64,000 bases of DNA from Desulfatiglandales bacterium (GCA_963662465.1 OY759599.1:6944001-7008000), one strand, 5' to 3'; numbered from the stretch's first letter, positions 10,245 to 19,952 are shown. The notes: generated from the letters alone by a model not told the origin. A program made the numbers and translations.

Positions 10245-10587
10245 ACCGGGTGATCTCGTGGGGATACTTTTCCCCTATTCCGACTTGGCAACCAAGAAAA
10301 GACGTCCGGTTTTGGTTTTGACGGCGCCTGACCGCCACGGCGATTTTATGGGTTTAGCTGTTACATCAGTGGAAACGGAAGTGTCAGCGGTCGAAATAGT
10401 GAAAGAAGATATGGAAACCGGGACTCTGCCAAGAAAAAGCTGGATAAGATATGACAAACTTTTTACGCTGAGTTCTGATATTATTTCAAAAACTTATGGT
10501 TCTATAAAGAACCAATCGCGCGAGGCCGTCACGGAAAATTTGTGTCGATATATTGGTTGTGATACACTACCCAAGCCGAAAACGTGA
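10234..10587 (+). CDS. PemK/MazF family toxin
   Basis: GDLV..FPYSD...KRRPVLVL, LAVTS, SWIRYDKLFTL. Confidence 0.88.
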   Translation: MICKPGDLVGILFPYSDLATKKRRPVLVLTAPDRHGDFMGLAVTSVETEVSAVEIVKEDMETGTLPRKSWIRYDKLFTLSSDIISKTYGSIKNQSREAVTENLCRYIGCDTLPKPKT

Positions 10588-10660
10588 ACTCTTTCCCGCC
10601 CCAGCTTGTCAGTATATTTCGGTCAGTGTGCGGTCCGAGCCCCCTCGCACTGCCCAATCC

Positions 10661-10956
10661 GACCGCCCCGGCCAAACCTGGACCGACCCGGTCACCGGCA
10701 TGGAGTTCGTGTGGGCGCCGGGCGGGTGCTACCAGATGGGGTGTGGGAGCTGGGCCGGGAATTGCGATAACGATGAAAAACCGATCCATGAGGTGTGCCT
10801 GGACGGATTCTGGATAGGGAAGTATGAGGTAACCCAGGGCCAGTGGGAAAAAATGATGGGAGGCAATCCGTCCTATTTCAAGGGAACAAACCGTCCGGTG
10901 GAACAGGTATTCTGGAACGATTGCCAAAAATTCATCGAGCGCTTAAACGGAAAGCG
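10661..10956 (+). pseudogene. Internal fragment of the FGE-sulfatase gene (duplicate of 8571-8866)
   Basis: Near-identical DNA; lacks both N- and C-termini. Confidence 0.85.
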
Positions 10957-11062
10957 CCAAGGGGGAAGAGACCCACTCACATTCAAAATTTCGGCTACGG
11001 CCACAAGGCGGGACCGTTTTTTGAACACGATTTAAAAGATTAAAGGATGGACAGGATTGCCA

Positions 11063-11476
11063 ATGACCGATAAACCGCAAACAAATCGTTTTCCCATAAC
11101 GAGCGGCGGGATTAACGAATTGACGCATGTGATCATTGGTTGCGCGATGAAGGTTCACAGTTTGCTCGGCAATGGATTTCAAGAGGTGATCTATCAACGC
11201 GCCCTGGTGATTGAAATGACTTTTCAGGGGTTATCATTTGCGCGTGAAAAGGAAATGTCGATATTTTATCGCAATAAACAAATTGGAACGAGAAGGGTCG
11301 ATTTTTTTGTTGGCCATCGTGTGATGGTTGAATTGAAAGCTGTGGAAAAAATACAGGATGTTCACAAGGCACAGGCTATCAATTATCTGGAAGCCTATGG
11401 TATTGCCGATGGATTGTTGATGAATTTCGGAGGACGGCGTCTTGAATTTAAACGGCTTTACAATAAGGGCGAATGA
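11063..11476 (+). CDS. GxxExxY protein
   Basis: GNGFQEVIYQRAL, RVDFFV, VELKAV, AQAINYL, GLLMNFG. Confidence 0.92.
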   Translation: MTDKPQTNRFPITSGGINELTHVIIGCAMKVHSLLGNGFQEVIYQRALVIEMTFQGLSFAREKEMSIFYRNKQIGTRRVDFFVGHRVMVELKAVEKIQDVHKAQAINYLEAYGIADGLLMNFGGRRLEFKRLYNKGE

Positions 11477-11500
11477 TTATTCGTTCCTACGCCATCTTCT

Positions 11501-11542
11501 AATCCTGTTCATCGTGTTAAATCCTGTGAATCGTGTTCAAAA
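11501..11542. repeat. Downstream periodic repeat of the GxxExxY unit
   Basis: aatcctgttcatcgtgttaaatcctgtgaatcgtgttcaaaa; imperfect inverted repeat of 11018-11058. Confidence 0.85.
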
Positions 11543-12048
11543 CGGATAGCAGGCTGCGTATCCACTGTCGATTGGACTTTAAAAAAGGCCGGTCTTATCT
11601 TTTCCCCGCATGTGTGGACCCGCAAAACGTCAGCTATCCCGTGGACCCGCCCCTGGGCCGGATGGTCTTTAAGGTGATCGGGGTGTCCGCGGATGACCCC
11701 CATGCGGATCTGGCGGAGGGTCTGGATGCATCTTTGGGTTATTATCAGCTGCATCAAAAGGATCTTAAGACCCTCATCGGCAGACTTCTGGTTCTGCCGC
11801 CGTCTGCCTGGTGGGAAGAGAGCGTCGATTTCTGGGTGATGGACTGATGGAAGGGGTGTCATGTTTACCTTTCCGTTACAACATGTTGTCAGTTGAGAGG
11901 CCCTAAGGGCCTAATGCGGCTTTGTCTTTTTGAAAGTGAGCAAAATAGATCGGGCGTGTTTTAAAGACCGGCGTTATTTCACCCTGGGACAGGATCTCAA
12001 TGGCCTTTTGAAAGCGCAATATCAGGTCTTTAAGGGGTTTGGCGGGGT

Positions 12049-12552
12049 TCAAAGAACAGGAAGCAGGCGGCGTGCGTCCTTCAACAATAGTAAAAGCTGT
12101 TGCTCTCGAAGTGGTGACGGAACAAAGCCGAAACGCAAATAGAACCGGGCTGCATTGTCATCAAGAGGGTGCGCCGGCAAGGCGCGTATGCCGGCTTGTT
12201 CAGCTACCGTGAGAGTACGGCGAATAGCGTCTTGAAGGAGGCCTCTGCCAATACCGTGGCCTTGATAATGGATGGAAACGGCAAGTCGGGCGAGGATAAC
12301 CACGGGAATAGGATAATGCCCCATGCCCTTCCGGATTCGCTCAGGCGCTTCCATCGTGTCTACCTGTCCGACGGTCAGGCTGTAGTATCCAACAACTCGG
12401 TCATCAGCGACCACCACAAAAGTCTTGGCAGAACCACTGGCCTGTGCTTGAAGGGCATAACGAATCAACCACTCATTCATGGGCGGCCTGCCGCAGTCGA
12501 AGGACTTGAGGCGATGATCCCTGTTTATAGCCCCGGGGGCACTCAGGTACAT
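12049..12552 (-). CDS. GNAT acetyltransferase toxin (TacT/AtaT type)
   Basis: FDCG..MNEWL..YA, GYYSL, PIPVVILARLAV..YQGHGIG, FYLRFGF. Confidence 0.9.
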   Translation of the reverse strand: MYLSAPGAINRDHRLKSFDCGRPPMNEWLIRYALQAQASGSAKTFVVVADDRVVGYYSLTVGQVDTMEAPERIRKGMGHYPIPVVILARLAVSIHYQGHGIGRGLLQDAIRRTLTVAEQAGIRALPAHPLDDNAARFYLRFGFVPSPLREQQLLLLLKDARRLLPVL

Positions 12553-12848
12553 GGATCATTCCATGGTGCAGGTTTGGCGTAAAGTTCCCGCAATCCGGCG
12601 TTGTCCTCAGCGGTACGGTCCAATAACCCCAGGAATTCCTCATATCGTTCACTTGAAACCATGAACATACGGCGATTTAGCAGGGTCTGTTCGGCGGCTT
12701 GGCACGCACTGTCCATGATGAACTCGGTCAGTGATTTGTGGCAAGTCTCTGCCGCGCGGCGAAGGACCGCCTCCTGTTCCGGCGTTGCCCGAAGTCCAAG
12801 ACGGGAGGATTTTGCGGTTCGTTTTCTAACAGGTTCCGTGGCAGCCAT
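12543..12848 (-). CDS. DUF1778 RHH antitoxin (TacA/AtaR type)
   Basis: KSSRLGLRATPEQ..LRRAAE...SLTEFI..SA. Confidence 0.9.
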   Translation of the reverse strand: MAATEPVRKRTAKSSRLGLRATPEQEAVLRRAAETCHKSLTEFIMDSACQAAEQTLLNRRMFMVSSERYEEFLGLLDRTAEDNAGLRELYAKPAPWNDPCT

Positions 12849-12920
12849 GGCAAATCTCCTTCATATGGGATGTACTTCTGAAATGTTAGTACGTCCAACG
12901 TACAATATCAAGCCAAATCT

Positions 12921-12974
12921 ATGGGAACGAGTCCTTAAAACAATCAAAGTGTAAACCACAAAATGAAGGATGCT
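12921..12974 (+). repeat. Intron-free copy of the group II intron insertion site
   Basis: atgggaacg|agtccttaaaacaatcaaagtgtaaaccacaaaatgaaggatgct versus joined exons atgggaacg|agccctcaaacaatcaaagtgtaacccacaaaatgaaggatgct. Confidence 0.85.
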
Positions 12975-13038
12975 ATAAAATCTAAATCTTTACTTCATTT
13001 TCCATTGAGGCTTTTGACGTGAAACAACGTCAAGGCCT

Positions 13039-14361
13039 TTAATCGGGCAAGAGATTGTAATAGTATCTCATGGTGTCGCTTCGGGTAATGATGCCGATCA
13101 GGTTTCCTTCTTCAATGACGGGGAGCCGCCCGATATCCTCCCGGACCATAAGTTTAACGGCGTTGATGATGCCGCTCTGGAGATCCACCTGCCGGACTTT
13201 GGTGGACATGAACGCTTTTACGGGGGCGCTCATCTGGGAATTTTTTCGGACTTTCCGGAAGTCTCTCCTGGAAATAATGCCCACGACTTTAGGGCCTTCT
13301 GTAACGGGAAACCCCGTGCAGCCTTTTTCGCGCAAAAGATGCGCGACTTCTTTCATGGTTTTATCAGGCGATACGGAAAAGACGGGATAGCTCATGAGAT
13401 CGCTTATTTTTACAGTGGCGCTGTGATTTCCTTTCAGTAATTCAAAGACCCATGCCGCTGCATCTTCAAGGCTCATGGATCGGACCAGGGCTGATCCGGC
13501 GTTGGGATGCCCACCGCCGCCCAGGATTTGCATGATGGCCCCGATATCCACCGTATTGGGAGAGCTTCTGCCGATCACGAGACATAGATCTCTGGCTTCC
13601 TCAAGAAAGATGCCGACGGCGACGTCAACATTGACGATATCCTGATACATATTAACCACCAGGGAAAGTCCCGGAACGTGACCTTTGATTTTTGTCATGC
13701 CGATGCTGACGGTATGGCCGCCTAATTTCTTTCTTCCGGCGGTTTTAAGCATTTCAAAGAGGACATCTTTTTGTTTGGGGCCATAAGCCGGACGAAGGAA
13801 ATTTTTGATCATGGTGAGGTCGCCTCCCTGCTCCAAAAGAAAAGCGACGGCTTTTGCGTCCTTGGGGGTGGTGGAAGGAAAGCTCATGCTTCCCGTGTCT
13901 TCATAGATGCCTGCAAGAAACAGGGTTGCTTGAATGGGAGTGATGCGCTTTCGATTTTTTTTAAGTTGAAGGGCAAGAAGCGTGACGGCGGCGCCGACTT
14001 CCTCGATATGGGTTTTTGAAGCGCCAAAATTACCTGAGGGTTTATGATGATCCCATATGTGAATATCCAGATCCGGTTTATCCTTGAGGTCTATTAAGTC
14101 ATCCAACCGCGACCAACACGGCGCATCCACCACCACGAGCCCGGACACTTCACGCATGTTAATGTCGCCCGGCGTCTTAAAGGAAAAGAGGTCTTTATGA
14201 AGCGACAGAAAGGCTTTTACATTGGGATTGATGCTCTTGGGAAGAACGGCCAGTGCGTCTCTGTAAATTAGAGTTGCGGCAAAAACAGATGCAATTGCGT
14301 CAAAGTCGGCGTTTTTATGCGTCGTTATGATTTCCATGGATAACGTCCTTTGCAAGACCAA
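13039..14361 (-). CDS. DHH/DHHA1 phosphoesterase with C-terminal CBS pair
   Basis: THKNADFD, WDHH, GIYEDTG, GGGHPNA, two CBS domains. Confidence 0.85.
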   Translation of the reverse strand: MVLQRTLSMEIITTHKNADFDAIASVFAATLIYRDALAVLPKSINPNVKAFLSLHKDLFSFKTPGDINMREVSGLVVVDAPCWSRLDDLIDLKDKPDLDIHIWDHHKPSGNFGASKTHIEEVGAAVTLLALQLKKNRKRITPIQATLFLAGIYEDTGSMSFPSTTPKDAKAVAFLLEQGGDLTMIKNFLRPAYGPKQKDVLFEMLKTAGRKKLGGHTVSIGMTKIKGHVPGLSLVVNMYQDIVNVDVAVGIFLEEARDLCLVIGRSSPNTVDIGAIMQILGGGGHPNAGSALVRSMSLEDAAAWVFELLKGNHSATVKISDLMSYPVFSVSPDKTMKEVAHLLREKGCTGFPVTEGPKVVGIISRRDFRKVRKNSQMSAPVKAFMSTKVRQVDLQSGIINAVKLMVREDIGRLPVIEEGNLIGIITRSDTMRYYYNLLPD

Positions 14362-14424
14362 GCGCGTTCTTTAGTATAACGTGTGAATATCCGAAAGGCA
14401 AGCTTGGGCTGATGAGACGCCAGG

Positions 14425-15785
14425 GTGAATTTATTCTTCCGAATTATCCAAATAAAATATAAAAGTTGCGCTACATTATGGACAGAAACCCTCGGATGGT
14501 GTATATACTGTGACAGGCACCAAACCAATTCGGGGTTTAAATTCTTGAACGTTAAGCAAGTCCGCATTCAAATAGTCCGCCCGCTTGAAGAACAACGCTT
14601 TCAGCATCTGATGCAGTCGCATCATTATTTGGGCGCTCTTCCCAAGATCAGCGAAACCCTCTGGTATACAGCTAGACTAAATAGTGAGTGGATTGCGCTT
14701 GTCAGTTTTTCTGCTCCCGCTTTGAAATGTACACCAAGGGACAGCTGGATCGGATGGAATTTTCGCCATCAATACGATCGACTGAAACTGGTAACCAATA
14801 ACAGTCGTTTTCTAATTTTGCCCGAATGGCATATTCCGAATCTCGCATCCCGTATCCTTTCATTATGTCGGAAGCGAATGCAGGCTGATTGGCAGGAGCG
14901 TTTCGGGCATCCGGTTGTACTCCTGGAAACCTTTGTGGACCCAAAGCAATTCCACGGAACCGTATATCGAGCGTCCAATTGGATATATGTTGGTAAAACA
15001 AAGGGTTTTCATCGAACTCGCCAAGGCTACAGCGATAAAGCGGATTCACCGAAAATGGTTTTTCTTAAACCATTGGTTTCCAATGTTCAAGCACTGTTAT
15101 CCCGACCTGTTCTCAAAAAACCATATCTTACAGGAGGTTACAAAATCATGCTCAGTGCGGAACATATGAAATCTCTACCCGACTTTTTTGCTCAAATTCC
15201 CGACCCGCGTCGATCCCAGGGACGACGTCACAGGCTCTCCACTGTTCTGGCCATTGCCACCGCCGCAACACTGTGCGGAATGCGCGGTTATCTGGCGATA
15301 TCCGATTGGGTAAATGGTCTTGGACAAAAAGCCCTTGAGCGTTTCCGTTGCCGATATGAAAATAAGCGCTATGTAGCTCCCAGTCAGTCTACTATCCGTG
15401 ATGTTCTGGTTCGCGTTGACCCCACAGAACTCGACAAAGCTCTCCAGCGTTGGAATCTGCTTTACGGTGAACAGGACGAAAGCTTGGCCATCGATGGAAA
15501 AACCATGTGTAATGCCATCGATGAACAAGGTTATCAGACTCACATCATGAGTGCTGTCGGCCATCAAACTAAGACCTGTTACACCCAAAAAAAGTCGGTT
15601 CTCTCCCTGTAGAAGGCAAAGACGAACTCAAGCGAACCAATGAAATCAAAACGGCTGCCCCTTTACTGGACGCGATCGATATCGAAGGCAAAGTCATTTC
15701 AGCTGACGCACTGCTAACCCAAAGGACTTTTGCTAAATATTTGGTCGAGCAACGCAACGCCCATTACCATTTCATCGCCAAAAAC
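14425..15785 (+). pseudogene. DUF4338 (DruA-like)-ISAs1 transposase, N-terminal part, with -1 frameshift at about 15590
   Basis: HHYLG, NNSRFLIL, ETFVD..F.GTVYRASNW..G.TKG; then PDPR..QGRRH, AIDGKT; -1 frame gives TNEI...SADALLTQ. Confidence 0.85.
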
Positions 15786-16034
15786 TTCAACGCTAATCAA
15801 AACTGAACCAAGTTTGCTAATGGAAATTGAACCATTGGCTGTCACCGCCAGTGAGTACGGCCCTCAGGTATAGCGGACGATGAGGGATCCATAAGTGGCG
15901 GCAAAGGAGTCGTTGATGTAGATTTACTTTTCAATAAATTTTTATAAAATCTATTTTCTTTGGATTTGGTTTTCTTCTTCCAAGACAGAGGCTTGGTTAA
16001 GTGGAAATGCGATTTACTTTGTAGAATGGATGGT

Positions 16035-16070
16035 GAAGGCCCGAAGTAGCCGCTTCGGGCCTTCTTTTTT
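16035..16070 (+). terminator. Intrinsic terminator inside the element leader
   Basis: 12-bp stem gaaggcccgaag/cttcgggccttc followed by a T tract. Confidence 0.75.
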
Positions 16071-16119
16071 GACCACCGGATAGAGCCGGAAGCCACACAC
16101 ACGCCAATTTTATATAAGT

Positions 16120-16563
16120 GTGTTTCCGGCCAATTGCAAGGCTGGAATGATGGGAGATGTCCTTTTAAGAGTGGTTCAATGCCGATGTTGTGGTTGCTTT
16201 TTTCACGTCTGTCGGTCGTGTTGGCGTGGCCAGGCCTATTGTGGGGAACGATGTCGCAGGATACGCCAAAGACAGCTGCACCGGAAAGCTCAGGGGAAAT
16301 ACCGCAATTCGAAAAAAGGGAAAGAGCGCCGTCGTTTGTACGAAAAAACAAAAAAATCCAAAAAAAATGGACTGAACCCTGGTGATGATAGTTCAACACC
16401 TCAAAAAGACTGTGATATTGAACCCAAAAAGCGGTCGGGGAACCGACCCAGCTGTCTTTTTTGCGGGTCGATCGGGGTTGTTGTGGACCATTTTCCTCGC
16501 CGTGCTTATGCAGGGAGGGTTTTTTCAGATGTAACAGGCTTTGAGAAAACCCCATATCCATGA
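16120..16563 (+). CDS. Cys-rich basic protein (putative Zn-binding)
   Basis: CRCCGCFFHVCRSCWRGQAYCGERC and CLFCG; K/R-rich middle; first gene of an apparent operon. Confidence 0.65.
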   Translation: MFPANCKAGMMGDVLLRVVQCRCCGCFFHVCRSCWRGQAYCGERCRRIRQRQLHRKAQGKYRNSKKGKERRRLYEKTKKSKKNGLNPGDDSSTPQKDCDIEPKKRSGNRPSCLFCGSIGVVVDHFPRRAYAGRVFSDVTGFEKTPYP

Positions 16564-16575
16564 CAGGAGAAAAAA

Positions 16576-16995
16576 ATGATCAAAAAAAGAGTCCTTTTTC
16601 CCGAAAGAGTGCGTGTCATCAATGGAAGCTTCGGCTTTCTGGAGCATCGTTTTTTGAGAAACGGCTTTTGGGAGAGCCTGAATCATCATGAGCTGCTGCT
16701 CTACATTTTTCTGGTGTTGGTATCTGACAAAAACGGGCTCTCTTATTATGGTTACGACAGAATCTGCCGGATTTTAAAGGTGCATTTGGATCAATATATC
16801 GATGCCCGCGATGGCTTGTTGGACAAGGATCTGATTGGGTTTGATGGCCGTCTGTTTCAGGTTCTTTCGCTTCCCAGACGTCCTGTGATTGTGAAACAGG
16901 TAAAGGAGATCCGGCAAGGAAATTGGGTCAGTCTTGGAGAAACCATAGAGGAAATCTTTCGGGAGACTGGGTATGGAATCCATCCGAACCGTTGA
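16576..16995 (+). CDS. Winged-HTH-like protein (replication-initiator N-terminal-like)
   Basis: SD caggag; ELLLYIFLVLVSDKNGLSYYGYDRICRIL pattern. Confidence 0.6.
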   Translation: MIKKRVLFPERVRVINGSFGFLEHRFLRNGFWESLNHHELLLYIFLVLVSDKNGLSYYGYDRICRILKVHLDQYIDARDGLLDKDLIGFDGRLFQVLSLPRRPVIVKQVKEIRQGNWVSLGETIEEIFRETGYGIHPNR

Positions 16996-17857
16996 TATTC
17001 ATTTGCTGGAGTTGCGTTACGCTCATTGCCGGATAATGAATCACCAGGCTTTAAAGCGATTGAGGGATTCCATCGAAACTTACGGGCAGATCGTTCCGGC
17101 CCTGGCTATTGAAGAAAAAGACAAACTGATTCTGATTGATGGCTACCTGCGTGTTCGAGCGCTTTGTGCTTGTGGAAAGGACCGGATATGTGTCCAATTC
17201 TCAAAAGAAAACGAACAAAATGCCATGTTTTCGCTTTTAACCAAGGCCAATGAACGGCAATGGGAAGTCATTGAGCAGTCTGTTTTACTTCAGGAATTAC
17301 ATCGGCGTTTTGGGTGCAGCCTCTCCCATATTGCAACCCGAATAGGGCGCGACAAGAGTTTTGTAAAACGGCGGCTGGACCTGGTTGAAGCCCTGCCGGA
17401 AAATATTTTGAGAACCGTGATTGCAGGCTCACTTTCAACCTGGGCTGCCAGCCGTGTCATGGCGCCGTTGGCGCGCGCCAACGGTGAAGACGCACAAAAA
17501 CTGTTGGCCCACCTGGAAAAAGAACCTCTATCCACAAGGGAACTGGCCCGTTTCTACGCACATTACCAGAAAAGCAACCGGTCTGTTCGAGACCACATGC
17601 TGGAAAATCCATCCCTTTTCATAAAAGTTCTCGAACAAAGAACCCAGTCTAAACAAGCCAAAGAAGTTCATGATGGACCGGAAGGCAAATGGTTCAAGGA
17701 TATTGAAATGGCATATGCGGTTCTCAAACGTCTGGTGAAAACCGTTTCGCATGTCCATTACCCAAAAAGCGATCAGTTGAAGAAACAAACGCTCAAAACC
17801 TGGGTGAAAAAGATAGAAAAACAAGCACTGGAACTCAAGAAAGCGACCCAATTATGA
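16973..17857 (+). CDS. ParB/Spo0J-like protein
   Basis: LRDSIETYGQIVP, LIDGYLRVRAL, HTH SLSHIATRIGRDKSFVKRRLDL. Confidence 0.85.
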   Translation: MESIRTVDIHLLELRYAHCRIMNHQALKRLRDSIETYGQIVPALAIEEKDKLILIDGYLRVRALCACGKDRICVQFSKENEQNAMFSLLTKANERQWEVIEQSVLLQELHRRFGCSLSHIATRIGRDKSFVKRRLDLVEALPENILRTVIAGSLSTWAASRVMAPLARANGEDAQKLLAHLEKEPLSTRELARFYAHYQKSNRSVRDHMLENPSLFIKVLEQRTQSKQAKEVHDGPEGKWFKDIEMAYAVLKRLVKTVSHVHYPKSDQLKKQTLKTWVKKIEKQALELKKATQL

Positions 17858-19236
17858 TCCGACAATCCAAAAAAGATGCCATTGTGGAATTGAAAAAAAC
17901 CGGCATGAGTTTGCGCGACATCGCCAAAACCCTGAAGGCCGGTCGCAATACCGTCACGAAGGTTTTAGATGATCATGACGAAGAGGCGGTACCCCAAAGG
18001 AACTCCCGGTATGAAGAACATGTCCCGTTGATCCGCGAGCTTTTCAAGGAATGTAAAGGAAATGCCGTGCGAGTAGCCGAGGAACTGGAAAGCCGCCAAC
18101 AGATCAAAATCCCTTATCAGAGTCTGACCTGGATTATGAGAAAGTACGAGATCCGGGAACGTAAAAAAAGACGGGCGGGCCAATACCATTTTAAACCCGG
18201 TCAGGAGATGCAGCATGATACGTCACCCCATCTGGTTGTCATTAATGGGAAAAAAATGTCGACCCAGTGCGCGTCCCTGACCCTGGCCTTTTGCCGAAGG
18301 ATTTTTATTCAGTATTACCCCTGTTTTACCCGGTTTGAGTGCAAGGTTTTCCTAAAAAAAGCATTCGAGTTTATGGACGGGGTGTGTTCCCGGTGCATGG
18401 TTGACAACACCAATGTTATTGTGGCCGGCGGCACCGGGCCTGATGCATTGATTGCGCCTGAAATGAAATACTTCGGCGATATGTATGGAACCCGGTTTGA
18501 GGCCCATGCTGTAGGAGACGCCAATCGAAGTGCCCGTGTGGAAAGGCCTTTTCATTTTGTGGAAAACAATTTTCTTCCCGGTAGAACATTTGTTAGCTGG
18601 CAGGATTTGAACCGGCAGGCAATCGACTGGTGCCGGAATACAAGCGATAAAAAGTTTAAACGGGCTTTAGGGATGACGCCGGATGAGGCCTATGTCATTG
18701 AAAAGCCATATCTCATTGATTTACCGGCATACCAGCCGCCAGTCTATGTGGCAGAACACAGGGTAGCCGATGTTCAGGGATATGTGCACTTGGACACCAA
18801 CCGCTATTCAGTCCCTGAAGCGCTGATTGGGAACTCCCTGGAAGTACAGAAACATTGGCTCAAGGTCATCGTTTACGACAAAAACACAAAAGTGGCGGAA
18901 CATGACCGCATACTGGATAAACGCAACACCCGAACAACCCTGCCCGGTCACCATGTTCCCATTCGAAGAAAAAAAGATCCCCGAATCCCTTCAAAAGAAG
19001 AACAGCTGTTGACGGGAGAGGATGCCATCCTGGATGAGTATGTGGCTGAACTGAAGAAAAGAAGTCACGGTCGCGGTGTGGTCAAGTTACGTCGGTTGCT
19101 TCATCTGAAACGCACTTATCCCGGGGAACCTTTTTTGAAAGCCATAACACAGGCGCTTAAATATGGACTTTTTGATTTGTCGCGTCTGGAAAACATTATT
19201 CTCGATTATATCGCGGGAGACTTTTTTGATCTATGA
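17854..19236 (+). CDS. istA: IS21 family transposase
   Basis: N-terminal HTH, PGQEMQHD, MVDN, ARVERPFHFVENNF, DTNRYSVP. Confidence 0.92.
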   Translation: MIRQSKKDAIVELKKTGMSLRDIAKTLKAGRNTVTKVLDDHDEEAVPQRNSRYEEHVPLIRELFKECKGNAVRVAEELESRQQIKIPYQSLTWIMRKYEIRERKKRRAGQYHFKPGQEMQHDTSPHLVVINGKKMSTQCASLTLAFCRRIFIQYYPCFTRFECKVFLKKAFEFMDGVCSRCMVDNTNVIVAGGTGPDALIAPEMKYFGDMYGTRFEAHAVGDANRSARVERPFHFVENNFLPGRTFVSWQDLNRQAIDWCRNTSDKKFKRALGMTPDEAYVIEKPYLIDLPAYQPPVYVAEHRVADVQGYVHLDTNRYSVPEALIGNSLEVQKHWLKVIVYDKNTKVAEHDRILDKRNTRTTLPGHHVPIRRKKDPRIPSKEEQLLTGEDAILDEYVAELKKRSHGRGVVKLRRLLHLKRTYPGEPFLKAITQALKYGLFDLSRLENIILDYIAGDFFDL

Positions 19237-19952
19237 AAAAGAAAATTGAACAGTTACTCATTGATTTGAAGTTTAAAGGCATGCTGAAGGCTCTCGAAGA
19301 ACAGTTGGCTTCGGCTGAAAAGAACGGTTTTTCCATTCACGAGGTCATCTACAATCTCCTGGCTGAGGAATTACGTTTCCGGCAGGAGCGCAGCATGATC
19401 TATCGGGTCCAGATTGCAAAGCTTCCATGGGAATGGACCCTCAACTCCTTTCCGTTTGATCTTCAGCCGGGAATACAGAAGAGCCGGATCATGACGTTGT
19501 CCGGCCTTGACTTTATCAGCCGAAGAGAAAACATCGTGTTCCATGGAAAAACCGGCGTCGGCAAAACGGGATTGGCCGTGGGGATCCTTCGTCAAGCCAT
19601 TATTGCCGGGTACCGGGGGCGTTTTTATAATGTTCAGGATTTGCTGGATCAGCTCTATGCGTCTTTGGCAGATCGGTCCACCCCGAAACTCCTCAATGCC
19701 CTTTGCAGATATGACCTGCTTCTGCTCGATGAACTGGGATACCTGACCCTCAAAAAAGAGCAGATGAACGCCTTTTTTAAACTCATGAAAGATCGCTATG
19801 AAGCCGGTCGGTCCACAATTATTACGACCAATCTTCAACCTGAACAATGGTATTCGCTGCTTGAACCAAAGGACATGGTCGATGCCTTGCTGGATCGTCT
19901 CAACCATCGCTGCATCAACATTCATATTGATGGTCCTTCCCTCAGAAAATGA
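19233..19952 (+). CDS. istB: IS21 helper AAA+ ATPase
   Basis: GKTGVGKT, LLLLDELGY, TIITTNL, ALLDRL.H. Confidence 0.95.
   Translation: MKKKIEQLLIDLKFKGMLKALEEQLASAEKNGFSIHEVIYNLLAEELRFRQERSMIYRVQIAKLPWEWTLNSFPFDLQPGIQKSRIMTLSGLDFISRRENIVFHGKTGVGKTGLAVGILRQAIIAGYRGRFYNVQDLLDQLYASLADRSTPKLLNALCRYDLLLLDELGYLTLKKEQMNAFFKLMKDRYEAGRSTIITTNLQPEQWYSLLEPKDMVDALLDRLNHRCINIHIDGPSLRK

Noticed and set aside
6779..10960. Diversity-generating retroelement (RT next to two FGE/CLec copies)
   Set aside because: The RT has PQG/YADD, a maturase domain and full intron RNA ends. The duplicated FGE segment is N-terminal rather than the C-terminal variable region, differences are not adenine-specific, and there is no avd gene.
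11533..11847. Functional call for the small ORF after GxxExxY
   Set aside because: The start lies in the repeat and no recognisable motif is present; possibly a gene fragment.
14425..15150. Complete Druantia defence system
   Set aside because: Only a DruA-like domain within an IS; no DruE helicase or other partners.
16576..17857. Integrated plasmid or prophage partition locus
   Set aside because: No ParA, relaxase, integrase or phage genes; the genes are enclosed by IS21-type ends.
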